Positions 15,001-30,000 of a DNA stretch of 64,000 nt are shown one piece after another. Made by a program: the position numbers and the translations under genes. The notes under the pieces were generated by a model. That model was given only the letters and a program-made list of their open reading frames with translations, had not been told where the DNA came from and did no database searches. Every line of letters starts with the position of its first letter. Position 1 is the stretch's first letter. The stretch is from Euprymna scolopes. Its lineage: Eukaryota. The stretch lies in assembly GCA_053919585.1 (NCBI GenBank), contig CM132815.1; one strand, 5' to 3'.

Positions 15001-18000
15001 GTTAAAAAAAACCATTGTTTTGCGAGGGTACAAAAACCCATGGTTTTGCGAGGGTTGAAAAAACCCATTGATTTGCGAGGGTTAAAATAAAACATTGTTT
15101 TGCGAGGGTTAAAAAAAACATTGTTTTGCGAGGGTTAAAAAAAACATTGTTTTGCAAGGGTTAAAAAACCCATGGTTTTTCGAGGATTAAAAAAAACATT
15201 GTTTGGCGAGGGTTAAAAAAAACATTGTTTTGCGAGGGTTAAAAAAAACCCTATGGTTTTGGGAGGGTTAAAAACCCTATTGTTTTGCGAGGGTTAAAAA
15301 CCCCCCATGGTTTTGCGAGGGTTAAAAAACGCATTTTTTTGCGAGGGTGAAAAAAACCCATGGTTTTGCGAGGGTTAAAAAAACCCATGGTTTTGCGAGG
15401 GTTAAAAAACGCATTCTTTTGCGAGGGTGAAAAAAACCCATGGTTTTGCGAGGGTTAAAAAAAAACATGGTTTTGCGAGGGTTAAAAAAACCATGGTTTT
15501 ACGAGGGTTAAAAAAAACATTATTTTGCGAGTGTAAAAAAACCCATTGTTTTGCGAGAATTAAAAAACCCCATTGTTTTGCGAGGTGTAAAAAAACCCAT
15601 TGTTTTGCGAGGGTCAAAAAAACCCACGGTTTTGCGAGGATTAAAAAACCCATTGTTTTGCGAGGGTTAATAAAACCATTGTTTTACGAGTGTAAAAAAA
15701 CCCATTTTTTTGCGAGGGTTAAAACCCCATGGTTTTGCGAGGGTTTAAAAAAAACATTGTTTTGCGAGGGTTAAAAAACCATTGTTTTGCGAGGGTTAAA
15801 AAACCCCATTGTTTTGCGAGGGTACAAAAACCCATGGTTTTGCGAGGGTTAAAAAACCCCATTGATTTGCGAGGGTAAAAATAAAACATTGTTTTGCGAG
15901 GGTTAAAAAAAACATTGTTTTGCGAGGGTTAAAAAAAACATTGTTTTGCAAGGGTTAAAAAAACCCATGGTTTTTCGAGGATTAAAAAAAAAACATTGTT
16001 TTGCGAGGTTTAAAAACCCTATGGTTTTGGGAGGGTTAAAAACCCTATTGTTTTGCGAGGGTTAAAAAAACCCATGGTTTTGCGAGGGTTAAAAAACCCA
16101 TTGTTTTGCGAGGGTTAAAAAACCCCATTGTTTGCGAGGGTTAAAAAACCCCATGATTGTGCGAGGGTTAAAAAACCCCCATTGTTTTGCGAGGGTTAAA
16201 AAAAAACATTGTTTTGCGAGGGTTAAAAAAAACATTGTTTTGCGAGGGTTAAAAAACTCCATGGCTTTGCGAGGGTTAAAAAAAACCATGGTTTTGCGAG
16301 TGTTAAAAAAAAACATTGTTTTGCGAGTGTTAAAAACCCCCATTGTTTTGACAGGGTTAAAAAAAAAACATTGTTTTGCGAGGGTTAAAAAAAAACATTG
16401 TTTTGCGAGGGATAAAAAACCCATTGTTTTGCGAGGGTTAAAAAAAACCGATGGTTTTGCGAGGGTTAAAAAACCTATGGTTTTGCTAGGGTTATAAAAA
16501 AACATTGTTTTGCGAGTGTTAAAAAAAAGACCAATTATTTTGCGAGGGTTAAAAAAACCCATGGTTTTGCAAGGGTTAAAAAACCCATGGTTTTGCGAGG
16601 GTTAAAAAAAAACATTGTTTTGCAAGGGTTTAAAAGCCCATGGTTTTGCGAGGGTTAAAAGAACCCATTGTTTTGCGAGGGTTAAAAAAAAACATTGTTT
16701 TGCGAGGGTTAAAAAAAATCATGGTTTTTCGAGGGTTAAAACCCCCATGATTTTGCGAGGGTAAAAAAAACCCATTGTTTTGCGTGGGTTAAAAAAACCC
16801 ATAGTTTTGCGAGGGTTAAAAAAAACCCATTGTTTTGCGAGGGTTAAAAAAAAAGATTGTTTTGCGAGGGTTAAAAAACCCCATTGTTTTTCGAGGGTTA
16901 AAAAAAACATTGTTTTGCGAGGGTCAAAAAAACCCACGGTTTTGCGAGGATTAAAAAACCCATTGTTTTGCGAGGGTTAAAAAAAACATTGTTTTACGAG
17001 GGTATAAAAAACCCCATTGTTTTGCGAGGGTTAAAAACCCCATGGTTTTGCGAGGGTTTAAAAAAAACCCATTGTTTTGCGAGGGTTAAAAAACCATTGT
17101 TTTGCGAGGGTTAAAAAAAACCATTGTTTTGCGAGGGTACAAAAACCCATGGTTTTGCGAGGGTTAAAAAAACCCATTGATTTGCGAGGGTTAAAATAAA
17201 ACATTGTTTTGCGAGGGTTAAAAAAAACATTGTTTTGCGAGGGTTAAAAAAAACATTGTTTTGCAAGGGTTAAAAAACCCATGGTTTTTCGAGGATTAAA
17301 AAAAACATTGTTTGGCGAGGGTTAAAAAAAACATTGTTTTGCGAGGGTTAAAAAAAACCCTATGGTTTTGGGAGGGTTAAAAACCCTATTGTTTTGCGAG
17401 GGTTAAAAACCCCCCATGGTTTTGCGAGGGTTAAAAAACGCATTTTTTTGCGAGGGTGAAAAAAACCCATGGTTTTGCGAGGGTTAAAAAACCCATGGTT
17501 TTGCGAGGGTTAAAAAACGCATTCTTTTGCGAGGGTGAAAAAAACCCATGGTTTTGCGAGGGTTAAAAAAAAACATGGTTTTGCGAGGGTTAAAAAAACC
17601 ATGGTTTTACGAGGGTTAAAAAAAAACATTATTTTGCGAGTGTAAAAAAACCCATTGTTTTGCGAGAATTAAAAAACCCCATTGTTTTGCGAGGTGTAAA
17701 AAAACCCATTGTTTTGCCAGGGTCAAAAAAACCCACGGTTTTGCGAGGATTAAAAAACCCATTGTTTTGCGAGGGTTAATAAAACCATTGTTTTACGAGT
17801 GTAAAAAAACCCATTTTTTTGCGAGGGTTAAAACCCCATGGTTTTGCGAGGGTTTAAAAAAAACATTGTTTTGCGAGGGTTAAAAAACCATTGTTTTGCG
17901 AGGGTTAAAAAACCCCATTGTTTTGCGAGGGTACAAAAACCCATGGTTTTGCGAGGGTTAAAAAACCCCATTGATTTGCGAGGGTAAAAATAAAACATTG

Positions 18001-21000
18001 TTTTGCGACGGTTAAAAAAAACATTGTTTTGCGAGGGTTAAAAAAAACATTGTTTTGCAAGGGTTAAAAAAACCCATGGTTTTTCGAGGATTAAAAAAAA
18101 ACATTGTTTTGCGAGGTTTAAAAACCCTATGGTTTTGGGAGGGTTAAAAACCCTATTGTTTTGCGAGGGTTAAAAAAACCCATGGTTTTGCGAGGGTTAA
18201 AAAACCCATTGTTTTGCGAGGGTTAAAAAACCCCATTGTTTTGCGAGGGTTAAAAAACCCCATGATTGTGCGAGGGTTAAAAAACCCCCATTGTTTTGCG
18301 AGGGTTAAAAAAAAACATTGTTTTGCGAGGGTTAAAAAAAACATTGTTTTGCGAGGGTTAAAAAACTCCATGGCTTTGCGAGGGTTAAAAAAAACCATGG
18401 TTTTGCGAGTGTTAAAAAAAAACATTGTTTTGCGAGTGTTAAAAACCCCCATTGTTTTGACAGGGTTAAAAAAAAAACATTGTTTTGCGAGGGTTAAAAA
18501 AAAACATTGTTTTGCGAGGGATAAAAAACCCATTGTTTTGCGAGGGTTAAAAAAAACCGATGGTTTTGCGAGGGTTAAAAAACCTATGGTTTTGCTAGGG
18601 TTATAAAAAAACATTGTTTTGCGAGTGTTAAAAAAAAGACCAATTATTTTGCGAGGGTTAAAAAAACCCATGGTTTTGCAAGGGTTAAAAAACCCATGGT
18701 TTTGCGAGGGTTAAAAAAAACCATTGTTTTGCAAGGGTTTAAAAGCCCATGGTTTTGCGAGGGTTAAAAGAACCCATTGTTTTGCGAGGGTTAAAAAAAA
18801 ACATTGTTTTGCGAGGGTTAAAAAAAATCATGGTTTTTCGAGGGTTAAAACCCCCATGATTTTGCGAGGGTAAAAAAAACCCATTGTTTTGCGTGGGTTA
18901 AAAAAACCCATAGTTTTGCGAGGGTTAAAAAAAACCCATTGTTTTGCGAGGGTTAAAAAAAAAGATTGTTTTGCGAGGGTTAAAAAACCCCATTGTTTTT
19001 CGAGGGTTAAAAAAAACATTGTTTTGCGAGGGTCAAAAAAACCCACGGTTTTGCGAGGATTAAAAAACCCATTGTTTTGCGAGGGTTAAAAGAAACATTG
19101 TTTTACGAGGGTATAAAAAACCCCATTGTTTTGCGAGGGTTAAAAACCCCATGGTTTTGCGAGGGTTTAAAAAAACCCATTGTTTTGCGAGGGTTAAAAA
19201 ACCATTGTTTTGCGAGGGTTAAAAAAAACCATTGTTTTGCGAGGGTACAAAAACCCATGGTTTTGCGAGGGTTAAAAAAACCCATTGATTTGCGAGGGTT
19301 AAAATAAAACATTGTTTTGCGAGGGTTAAAAAAAACATTGTTTTGCGAGGGTTAAAAAAAACATTGTTTTGCAAGGGTTAAAAAACCCATGGTTTTTCGA
19401 GGATTAAAAAAAACATTGTTTGGCGAGGGTTAAAAAAAACATTGTTTTGCGAGGGTTAAAAAAAACCCTATGGTTTTGGGAGGGTTAAAAACCCTATTGT
19501 TTTGCGAGGGTTAAAAACCCCCCATGGTTTTGCGAGGGTTAAAAAACGCATTTTTTTGCGAGGGTAAAAAAAACCCATGGTTTTGCGAGGGTTAAAAAAC
19601 CCATGGTTTTGCGAGGGTTAAAAAACGCATTCTTTTGCGAGGGTGAAAAAAACCCATGGTTTTGCGAGGGTTAAAAAAAAACATGGTTTTGCGAGGGTTA
19701 AAAAAACCATGGTTTTACGAGGGTTAAAAAAAAACATTATTTTGCGAGTGTAAAAAAAACCATTGTTTTGCGAGAATTAAAAAACCCCATTGTTTTGCGA
19801 GGTGTAAAAAAACCCATTGTTTTGCCAGGGTCAAAAAAACCCACGGTTTTGCGAGGATTAAAAAACCCATTGTTTTGCGAGGGTTAATAAAACCATTGTT
19901 TTACGAGTGTAAAAAAACCCATTTTTTTGCGAGGGTTAAAACCCCATGGTTTTGCGAGGGTTTAAAAAAAACATTGTTTTGCGAGGGTTAAAAAACCATT
20001 GTTTTGCGAGGGTTAAAAAACCCCATTGTTTTGCGAGGGTACAAAAACCCATGGTTTTGCGAGGGTTAAAAAACCCCATTGATTTGCGAGGGTAAAAATA
20101 AAACATTGTTTTGCGAGGGTTAAAAAAAACATTGTTTTGCGAGGGTTAAAAAAAACATTGTTTTGCAAGGGTTAAAAAAACCCATGGTTTTTCGAGGATT
20201 AAAAAAAAACATTGTTTTGCGAGGTTTAAAAACCCTATGGTTTTGGGAGGGTTTAAAACCCTATTGTTTTGCGAGGGTTAAAAAAACCCATGGTTTTGCG
20301 AGGGTTAAAAAACCCATTGTTTTGCGAGGGTTAAAAAACCCCATTGTTTTGCGAGGGTTAAAAAACCCCATGATTGTGCGAGGGTTAAAAAACCCCCATT
20401 GTTTTGCGAGGGTTAAAAAAAACATTGTTTTGCGAGGGTTAAAAAAACATTGTTTTGCGAGGGTTAAAAAACTCCATGGCTTTGCGAGGGTTAAAAAAAA
20501 CCATGGTTTTGCGAGTGTTAAAAAAAAACATTGTTTTGCGAGTGTTAAAAACCCCCATTGTTTTGACAGGGTTAAAAAAAAAACATTGTTTTGCGAGGGT
20601 TAAAAAAAAACATTGTTTTGCGAGGGATAAAAAAGCCATTGTTTTGCGAGGGTTAAAAAAAACCGATGGTTTTGCGAGGGTTAAAAAACCTATGGTTTTG
20701 CTAGGGTTATAAAAAAACATTGTTTTGCGAGTGTTAAAAAAAAGACCAATTATTTTGCGAGGGTTAAAAAAACCCATGGTTTTGCAAGGGTTAAAAAACC
20801 CATGGTTTTGCGAGGGTTAAAATAAAACATTGTTTTGCGAGGGTTAAAAAAAACATTGTTTTGCGAGGGTTAAAAAAAACATTGTTTTGCAAGGGTTAAA
20901 AAACCCATGGTTTTTCGAGGATTAAAAAAAACATTGTTTGGCGAGGGTTAAAAAAAACATTGTTTTGCGAGGGTTAAAAAAAACCCTATGGTTTTGGGAG

Positions 21001-24000
21001 GGTTAAAAACCCTATTGTTTTGCGAGGGTTAAAAACCCCCCATGGTTTTGCGAGGGTTAAAAAACGCATTTTTTTGCGAGGGTAAAAAAAACCCATGGTT
21101 TTGCGAGGGTTAAAAAACCCATGGTTTTGCGAGGGTTAAAAAACGCATTCTTTTGCGAGGGTGAAAAAAACCCATGGTTTTGCGAGGGTTAAAAAAAAAC
21201 ATGGTTTTGCGAGGGTTAAAAAAACCATGGTTTTACGAGGGTTAAAAAAAAACATTATTTTGCGAGTGTAAAAAAAACCATTGTTTTGCGAGAATTAAAA
21301 AACCCCATTGTTTTGCGAGGTGTAAAAAAACCCATTGTTTTGCCAGGGTCAAAAAAACCCACGGTTTTGCGAGGATTAAAAAACCCATTGTTTTGCGAGG
21401 GTTAATAAAACCATTGTTTTACGAGTGTAAAAAAACCCATTTTTTTGCGAGGGTTAAAACCCCATGGTTTTGCGAGGGTTTAAAAAAAACATTGTTTTGC
21501 GAGGGTTAAAAAACCATTGTTTTGCGAGGGTTAAAAAACCCCATTGTTTTGCGAGGGTACAAAAACCCATGGTTTTGCGAGGGTTAAAAAACCCCATTGA
21601 TTTGCGAGGGTAAAAATAAAACATTGTTTTGCGAGGGTTAAAAAAAACATTGTTTTGCGAGGGTTAAAAAAAACATTGTTTTGCAAGGGTTAAAAAAACC
21701 CATGGTTTTTCGAGGATTAAAAAAAAACATTGTTTTGCGAGGTTTAAAAACCCTATGGTTTTGGGAGGGTTTAAAACCCTATTGTTTTGCGAGGGTTAAA
21801 AAAACCCATGGTTTTGCGAGGGTTAAAAAACCCATTGTTTTGCGAGGGTTAAAAAACCCCATTGTTTTGCGAGGGTTAAAAAACCCCATGATTGTGCGAG
21901 GGTTAAAAAACCCCCATTGTTTTGCGAGGGTTAAAAAAAACATTGTTTTGCGAGGGTTAAAAAAACATTGTTTTGCGAGGGTTAAAAAACTCCATGGCTT
22001 TGCGAGGGTTAAAAAAAACCATGGTTTTGCGAGTGTTAAAAAAAAACATTGTTTTGCGAGTGTTAAAAACCCCCATTGTTTTGACAGGGTTAAAAAAAAA
22101 ACATTGTTTTGCGAGGGTTAAAAAAAAACATTGTTTTGCGAGGGATAAAAAAGCCATTGTTTTGCGAGGGTTAAAAAAAACCGATGGTTTTGCGAGGGTT
22201 AAAAAACCTATGGTTTTGCTAGGGTTATAAAAAAACATTGTTTTGCGAGTGTTAAAAAAAAGACCAATTATTTTGCGAGGGTTAAAAAAACCCATGGTTT
22301 TGCAAGGGTTAAAAAACCCATGGTTTTGCGAGGGTTAAAAAAAACCATTGTTTTGCAAGGGTTTAAAAGCCCATGGTTTTGCGAGGGTTAAAAGAACCCA
22401 TTGTTTTGCGAGGGTTAAAAAAAAACATTGTTTTGCGAGGGTTAAAAAAAATCATGGTTTTTCGAGGGTTAAAACCCCCATGATTTTGCGAGGGTAAAAA
22501 AAACCCATTGTTTTGCGTGGGTTAAAAAAACCCATAGTTTTGCGAGGGTTAAAAAAACCCATGGTTTTGCGAGGGTTAAAAAAAAAGATTGTTTTGCGAG
22601 GGTTAAAAAAACCATTGTTTTGCGAGGGTTAAAAAAACACGGTTTTGCGAGGGTTTAAAAAAAACCCATGGTTGTGCGAGGGTGAAAAAAACCCATGGTT
22701 TTGCGAGGGTTAAAAAAAACATTGTTTTGCGAGGGTTAAAAAACCCCATTGTTTTTCGAGGGTTAAAAAAAACATTGTTTTGCGAGGGTCAAAAAAACCC
22801 ACGGTTTTGCGAGGATTAAAAAACCCATTGTTTTGCGAGGGTTAAAAAAAACCATTGTTTTACGAGGGTATAAAAAACCCCATTGTTTTGCGAGGGTTAA
22901 AAACCCCATGGTTTTGCGAGGGTTAAAAAAAACCATTGTTTTGCGAGGGTACAAAAACCCATGGTTTTGCGAGGGTTAAAAAAACCCATTGATTTGCGAG
23001 GGTTAAAATAAAACATTGTTTTGCGAGGGTTAAAAAAAACATTGTTTTGCGAGGGTTAAAAAAAACATTGTTTTGCAAGGGTTAAAAAACCCATGGTTTT
23101 TCGAGGATTAAAAAAAACATTGTTTGGCGAGGGTTAAAAAAAACATTGTTTTGCGAGGGTTAAAAAAAACCCTATGGTTTTGGGAGGGTTAAAAACCCTA
23201 TTGTTTTGCGAGGGTTAAAAACCCCCCATGGTTTTGCGAGGGTTAAAAAACGCATTTTTTTGCGAGGGTGAAAAAAAACCCATGGTTTTGCGAGGGTTAA
23301 AAAAACCCATGGTTTTGCGAGGGTTAAAAAACGCATTCTTTTGCGAGGGTGAAAAAAACCCATGGTTTTGCGAGGGTTAAAAAAAAACATGGTTTTGCGA
23401 GGGTTAAAAAAACCATGGTTTTACGAGGGTTAAAAAAAAACATTATTTTGCGAGTGTAAAAAAACCCATTGTTTTGCGAGAATTAAAAAACCCCATTGTT
23501 TTGCGAGGTGTAAAAAAACCCATTGTTTTGCGAGGGTCAAAAAAACCCACGGTTTTGCGAGGATTAAAAAACCCATTGTTTTGCGAGGGTTAATAAAACC
23601 ATTGTTTTACGAGTGTAAAAAAACCCATTTTTTTGCGAGGGTTAAAACCCCATGGTTTTGCGAGGGTTTAAAAAAAACATTGTTTTGCGAGGGTTAAAAA
23701 ACCATTGTTTTGCGAGGGTTAAAAAACCCCATTGTTTTGCGAGGGTACAAAAACCCATGGTTTTGCGAGGGTTAAAAAACCCCATTGATTTGCGAGGGTA
23801 AAAATAAAACATTGTTTTGCGAGGTTTAAAAACCCATGGTTTTGCGAGGGTTAAAAAAACCCATGGTTTTGCGAGGGTTAAAAAAACCCATTGTTTTGCG
23901 AGAGTTAAAAAAAAACCATTGTTTTGCGAGGGTTAAAAAAAAACATTGTTTTGCGAGGGTTAAAAAAAAACATTGTTTTGCGAGGGTTAAAAAACTTCAT

Positions 24001-27000
24001 GGCTTTGCGAGGGTTAAAAAAAAACATGGTTTTGCGAGGGTTAAAAAAAACCATGGTTTTGCGAGTGTTAAAAAAAAACATTGTTTTGCGAGTGTTAAAA
24101 ACCCCCATTGTTTTGACAGGGTTAAAAAAAAACATTGTTTTGCGAGGGTTAAAAAAAAACATTGTTTTGCGAGGGATAAAAAAACCATTGTTTTGCGAGG
24201 GTTAAAAAAAACCGATGGTTTTGCGAGGGTTAAAAAACCTATGGTTTTGCCAGGGTTATAAAAAAACATTGTTTTGCGAGTGTTAAAAAAAAGACCAATT
24301 ATTTTGCGAGGGTTAAAAAAACCCATGGTTTTGCGAGTGTTAAAAAACCCATGATTTTGCGAGGGTTAAAAAAAACCATTGTTTTGCAAGGGTTTAAAAG
24401 CCCATGGTTTTGCGAGAGTTAAAAGAACCCATTGTTTTGAGAGGGTTAAAAAAAAACATTGTTTTGCGAGGGTTAAAAAAAATCATGGTTTTTCGAGGGT
24501 TAAAACCCCCATGATTTTGCGAGGGTAAAAAAAACCCATTGTTTTGCGTGGGTTAAAAAAAACCATAGTTTTGCGAGGGTTAAAAAAAACCCATGGTTTT
24601 GCGAGGGTTAAAAAAAAAGATTGTTTTGCGAGGGTTAAAAAAACCATTGTTTTGCGAGGGTTAAAAAAAAACACGGTTTTGCGAGGGTTTAAAAAAACCC
24701 ATGGTTGTGCGAGGGTGAAAAAACCCATGGTCTTGCGAGGGTTAAAAAAAACATTGTTTTGCGAGGGTTAAAAAACCCCATTGTTTTTCGAGGGTTAAAA
24801 AAAACATTGTTTTGCGAGGGTCAAAAAAACCCACGGTTTTGCGAGGATTAAAAAACCCATTGTTTTGCGAGGGTTAAAAAAACCATTGTTTTACGAGGGT
24901 AAAAAAAACCCCATTGTTTTGCGAGGGTTAAAAAACCCATGGTTTTGCGAGGGTTTAAAAAAAAAACATTGTTTTGCGAGGGTTAAAAAACCATTGTTTT
25001 GCGAGGGTTAAAAAAAAACATTGTTTTGCGAGGGTACAAAAACCCATGATTTTGCGAGGGTTAAAAAAACCCATTGATTTGCGAGGGTTAAAATAAAACA
25101 TTGTTTTGCGAGGGTTAAAAAAAACATTGTTTTGCAAGGGTTAAAAAAAACATTGTTTTGCAAGGGTTAAAAAACCCATGGTTTTTCGAGGATTAAAAAA
25201 ACCATTGTTTGGCGAGGGTTAAAAAAAACATTGTTTTGCGAGGGTTAAAAAAAACCCTATGGTTTTGGGAGGGTTAAAAACCCTATTGTTTTGCGAGGGT
25301 TAAAAACCCCCCATGGTTTTGCGAGGGTTAAAAAACGCATTTTTTTGCGAGGGTGAAAAAAACCCATGGTTTTGCGAGGGTTAAAAAAACCCATGGTTTT
25401 GCGAGGGTTAAAAAACGCATTCTTTTGCGAGGGTGAAAAAAACCCATGGTTTTGCGAGGGTTAAAAAAAAACATGGTTTTGCGAGGGTTAAAAAAACCAT
25501 GGTTTTACGAGGGTTAAAAAAAAACATTATTTTGCGAGTGTAAAAAAACCCATTGTTTTGCGAGAATTAAAAAACCCCATTGTTTTGCGAGGTGTAAAAA
25601 AACCCATTGTTTTGCGAGGGTCAAAAAAACCCACGGTTTTGCGAGGATTAAAAAACCCATTGTTTTGCGAGGGTTAATAAAACCATTGTTTTACGAGTGT
25701 AAAAAAACCCATTTTTTTGCGAGGGTTAAAACCCCATGGTTTTGCGAGGGTTTAAAAAAAACATTGTTTTGCGAGGGTTAAAAAACCATTGTTTTGCGAG
25801 GGTTAAAAAACCCCATTGTTTTGCGAGGGTACAAAAACCCATGGTTTTGCGAGGGTTAAAAAACCCCATTGATTTGCGAGGGTAAAAATAAAACATTGTT
25901 TTGCGAGGTTTAAAAACCCATGGTTTTGCGAGGGTTAAAAAAACCCATGGTTTTGCGAGGGTTAAAAAAACCCATTGTTTTGCGAGAGTTAAAAAAAAAC
26001 CATTGTTTTGCGAGGGTTAAAAAAAAACATTGTTTTGCGAGGGTTAAAAAAAAACATTGTTTTGCGAGGGTTAAAAAACTTCATGGCTTTGCGAGGGTTA
26101 AAAAAAAACATGGTTTTGCGAGGGTTAAAAAAAACCATGGTTTTGCGAGTGTTAAAAAAAAACATTGTTTTGCGAGTGTTAAAAACCCCCATTGTTTTGA
26201 CAGGGTTAAAAAAAAACATTGTTTTGCGAGGGTTAAAAAAAAACATTGTTTTGCGAGGGATAAAAAAACCATTGTTTTGCGAGGGTTAAAAAAAACCGAT
26301 GGTTTTGCGAGGGTTAAAAAACCTATGGTTTTGCCAGGGTTATAAAAAAACATTGTTTTGCGAGTGTTAAAAAAAAGACCAATTATTTTGCGAGGGTTAA
26401 AAAAACCCATGGTTTTGCGAGTGTTAAAAAACCCATGATTTTGCGAGGGTTAAAAAAAACCATTGTTTTGCAAGGGTTTAAAAGCCCATGGTTTTGCGAG
26501 AGTTAAAAGAACCCATTGTTTTGAGAGGGTTAAAAAAAAACATTGTTTTGCGAGGGTTAAAAAAAATCATGGTTTTTCGAGGGTTAAAACCCCCATGATT
26601 TTGCGAGGGTAAAAAAAACCCATTGTTTTGCGTGGGTTAAAAAAAACCATAGTTTTGCGAGGGTTAAAAAAAACCCATGGTTTTGCGAGGGTTAAAAAAA
26701 AAGATTGTTTTGCGAGGGTTAAAAAAACCATTGTTTTGCGAGGGTTAAAAAAAAACACGGTTTTGCGAGGGTTTAAAAAAACCCATGGTTGTGCGAGGGT
26801 GAAAAAACCCATGGTCTTGCGAGGGTTAAAAAAAACATTGTTTTGCGAGGGTTAAAAAACCCCATTGTTTTTCGAGGGTTAAAAAAAACATTGTTTTGCG
26901 AGGGTCAAAAAAACCCACGGTTTTGCGAGGATTAAAAAACCCATTGTTTTGCGAGGGTTAAAAAAACCATTGTTTTACGAGGGTAAAAAAAACCCCATTG

Positions 27001-30000
27001 TTTTGCGAGGGTTAAAAAACCCATGGTTTTGCGAGGGTTTAAAAAAAAAACATTGTTTTGCGAGGGTTAAAAAACCATTGTTTTGCGAGGGTTAAAAAAA
27101 AACATTGTTTTGCGAGGGTACAAAAACCCATGATTTTGCGAGGGTTAAAAAAACCCATTGATTTGCGAGGGTTAAAATAAAACATTGTTTTGCGAGGGTT
27201 AAAAAAAACATTGTTTTGCAAGGGTTAAAAAAAACATTGTTTTGCAAGGGTTAAAAAACCCATGGTTTTTCGAGGATTAAAAAAACCATTGTTTGGCGAG
27301 GGTTAAAAAAAACATTGTTTTGCGAGGGTTAAAAAAAACCCTATGGTTTTGGGAGGGTTAAAAACCCTATTGTTTTGCGAGGGTTAAAAACCCCCCATGG
27401 TTTTGCGAGGGTTAAAAAACGCATTTTTTTGCGAGGGTGAAAAAAACCCATGGTTTTGCGAGGGTTAAAAAAACCCATGGTTTTGCGAGGGTTAAAAAAC
27501 GCATTCTTTTGCGAGGGTGAAAAAAACCCATGGTTTTGCGAGGGTTAAAAAAAAACATGGTTTTGCGAGGGTTAAAAAAACCATGGTTTTACGAGGGTTA
27601 AAAAAAACATTATTTTGCGAGTGTAAAAAAACCCATTGTTTTGCGAGAATTAAAAAACCCCATTGTTTTGCGAGGTGTAAAAAAACCCATTGTTTTGCGA
27701 GGGTCAAAAAAACCCACGGTTTTGCGAGGATTAAAAAACCCATTGTTTTGCGAGGGTTAATAAAACCATTGTTTTACGAGTGTAAAAAAACCCATTTTTT
27801 TGCGAGGGTTAAAACCCCATGGTTTTGCGAGGGTTTAAAAAAAACATTGTTTTGCGAGGGTTAAAAAACCATTGTTTTGCGAGGGTTAAAAAACCCCATT
27901 GTTTTGCGAGGGTACAAAAACCCATGGTTTTGCGAGGCTTAAAAAACCCCATTGATTTGCGAGGGTAAAAATAAAACATTGTTTTGCGAGGTTTAAAAAC
28001 CCATGGTTTTGCGAGGGTTAAAATAACCCATGGTTTTGCGAGGGTTAAAAAAACCCATTGTTTTGCGAGAGTTAAAAAAAAACCATTGTTTTGCGAGGGT
28101 TAAAAAAAAACATTGTTTTGCGAGGGTTAAAAAAAAACATTGTTTTGCGAGGGTTAAAAAACTTCATGGCTTTGCGAGGGTTAAAAAAAAACATGGTTTT
28201 GGGAGGGTTAAAAAAAACCATGGTTTTGCGAGTGTTAAAAAAAAACATTGTTTTGCGAGTGTTAAAAACCCCCATTGTTTTGACAGGGTTAAAAAAAAAA
28301 CATTGTTTTGCGAGGGTTAAAAAAAAACATTGTTTTGCGAGGGATAAAAAAACCATTGTTTTGCGAGGGTTAAAAAAAACCGATGGTTTTGCGAGGGTTA
28401 AAAAACCTATGGTTTTGCCAGGGTTATAAAAAAACATTGTTTTGCGAGTGTTAAAAAAAAGACCAATTATTTTGCGAGGGTTAAAAAAAACCATGGTTTT
28501 GCGAGTGTTAAAAAACCCATGATTTTGCGAGGGTTAAAAAAAACCATTGTTTTGCAAGGGTTTAAAAGCCCATGGTTTTGCGAGAGTTAAAAGAACCCAT
28601 TGTTTTGAGAGGGTTAAAAAAAAACATTGTTTTGCGAGGGTTAAAAAAAATCATGGTTTTTCGAGGGTTAAAACCCCCATGATTTTGCGAGGGTAAAAAA
28701 AACCCATTGTTTTGCGTGGGTTAAAAAAACCCATAGTTTTGCGAGGGTTAAAAAAAACCCATGGTTTTGCGAGGGTTAAAAAAAAAGATTGTTTTGCGAG
28801 GGTTAAAAAAACCATTGTTTTGCGAGGGTTAAAAAAAAACACGGTTTTGCGAGGGTTTAAAAAAACCCATGGTTGTGCGAGGGTGAAAAAACCCATGGTC
28901 TTGCGAGGGTTAAAAAAAACATTGTTTTGCGAGGGTTAAAAAAACCCATTGTTTTTCGAGGGTTAAAAAAAACATTGTTTTGCGAGGGTCAAAAAAACCC
29001 ACGGTTTTGCGAGGATTAAAAAACCCATTGTTTTGCGAGGGTTAAAAAAACCATTGTTTTACGAGGGTAAAAAAAACCCCATTGTTTTGCGAGGGTTAAA
29101 AAACCCATGGTTTTGCGAGGGTTTAAAAAAAAAACATTGTTTTGCGAGGGTTAAAAAAAAACATTGTTTTGCGAGGGTACAAAAACCCATGGTTTTGCGA
29201 GGGTTAAAAAAACCCATTGATTTGCGAGGGTTAAAATAAAACATTGTTTTGCGAGGGTTAAAAAAAACATTGTTTTGCAAGGGTTAAAAAAAACATTGTT
29301 TTGCAAGGGTTAAAAAACCCATGGTTTTTCGAGGATTAAAAAAACCATTGTTTGGCGAGGGTTAAAAAAAACATTGTTTTGCGAGGGTTAAAAAAAACCC
29401 TATGGTTTTGGGAGGGTTAAAAACCCTATTGTTTTGCGAGGGTTAAAAACCCCCCATGGTTTTGCGAGGGTTAAAAAACGCATTTTTTTGCGAGGGTGAA
29501 AAAAACCCATGGTTTTGCGAGGGTTAAAAAAACCCATGGTTTTGCGAGTGTTAAAAAACGCATTCTTTTGCGAGGGTGAAAAAAACCCATGGTTTTGCGA
29601 GGGTTAAAAAAAACCATGGTTTTACGAGGGTTAAAAAAAACATTGTTTTGCGAGAGTTAAAAAAAAACCCATGGTTTTTCGAGGGTAAAAAAACCCCATG
29701 GTTTTGCGAGGGTTAAAAAAAACATTGTTTTGCGAGGGTTAAAAAAACCCATTATTTTGCAAGGGTTAAAAAACCCATTGTTTTGCGAGGGTTAAAAAAC
29801 CCCATGGTTTTGCGAGGGTTAAAAAAACCCATGGTTTTGCGAGGGTTAAAAAAACATGGTTTTGCGAGGGTTAAAAAAAAAAACATTGTTTTGCGAGGGT
29901 AAAAAAAAACCCATGGTTTTTCGAGGGTTAAAAAAAACATTGTTTTGCGAGGGTTAAAAAACCCCATTGTTTTGCAAGGGTTAAAAAACCAATTGTTTTT

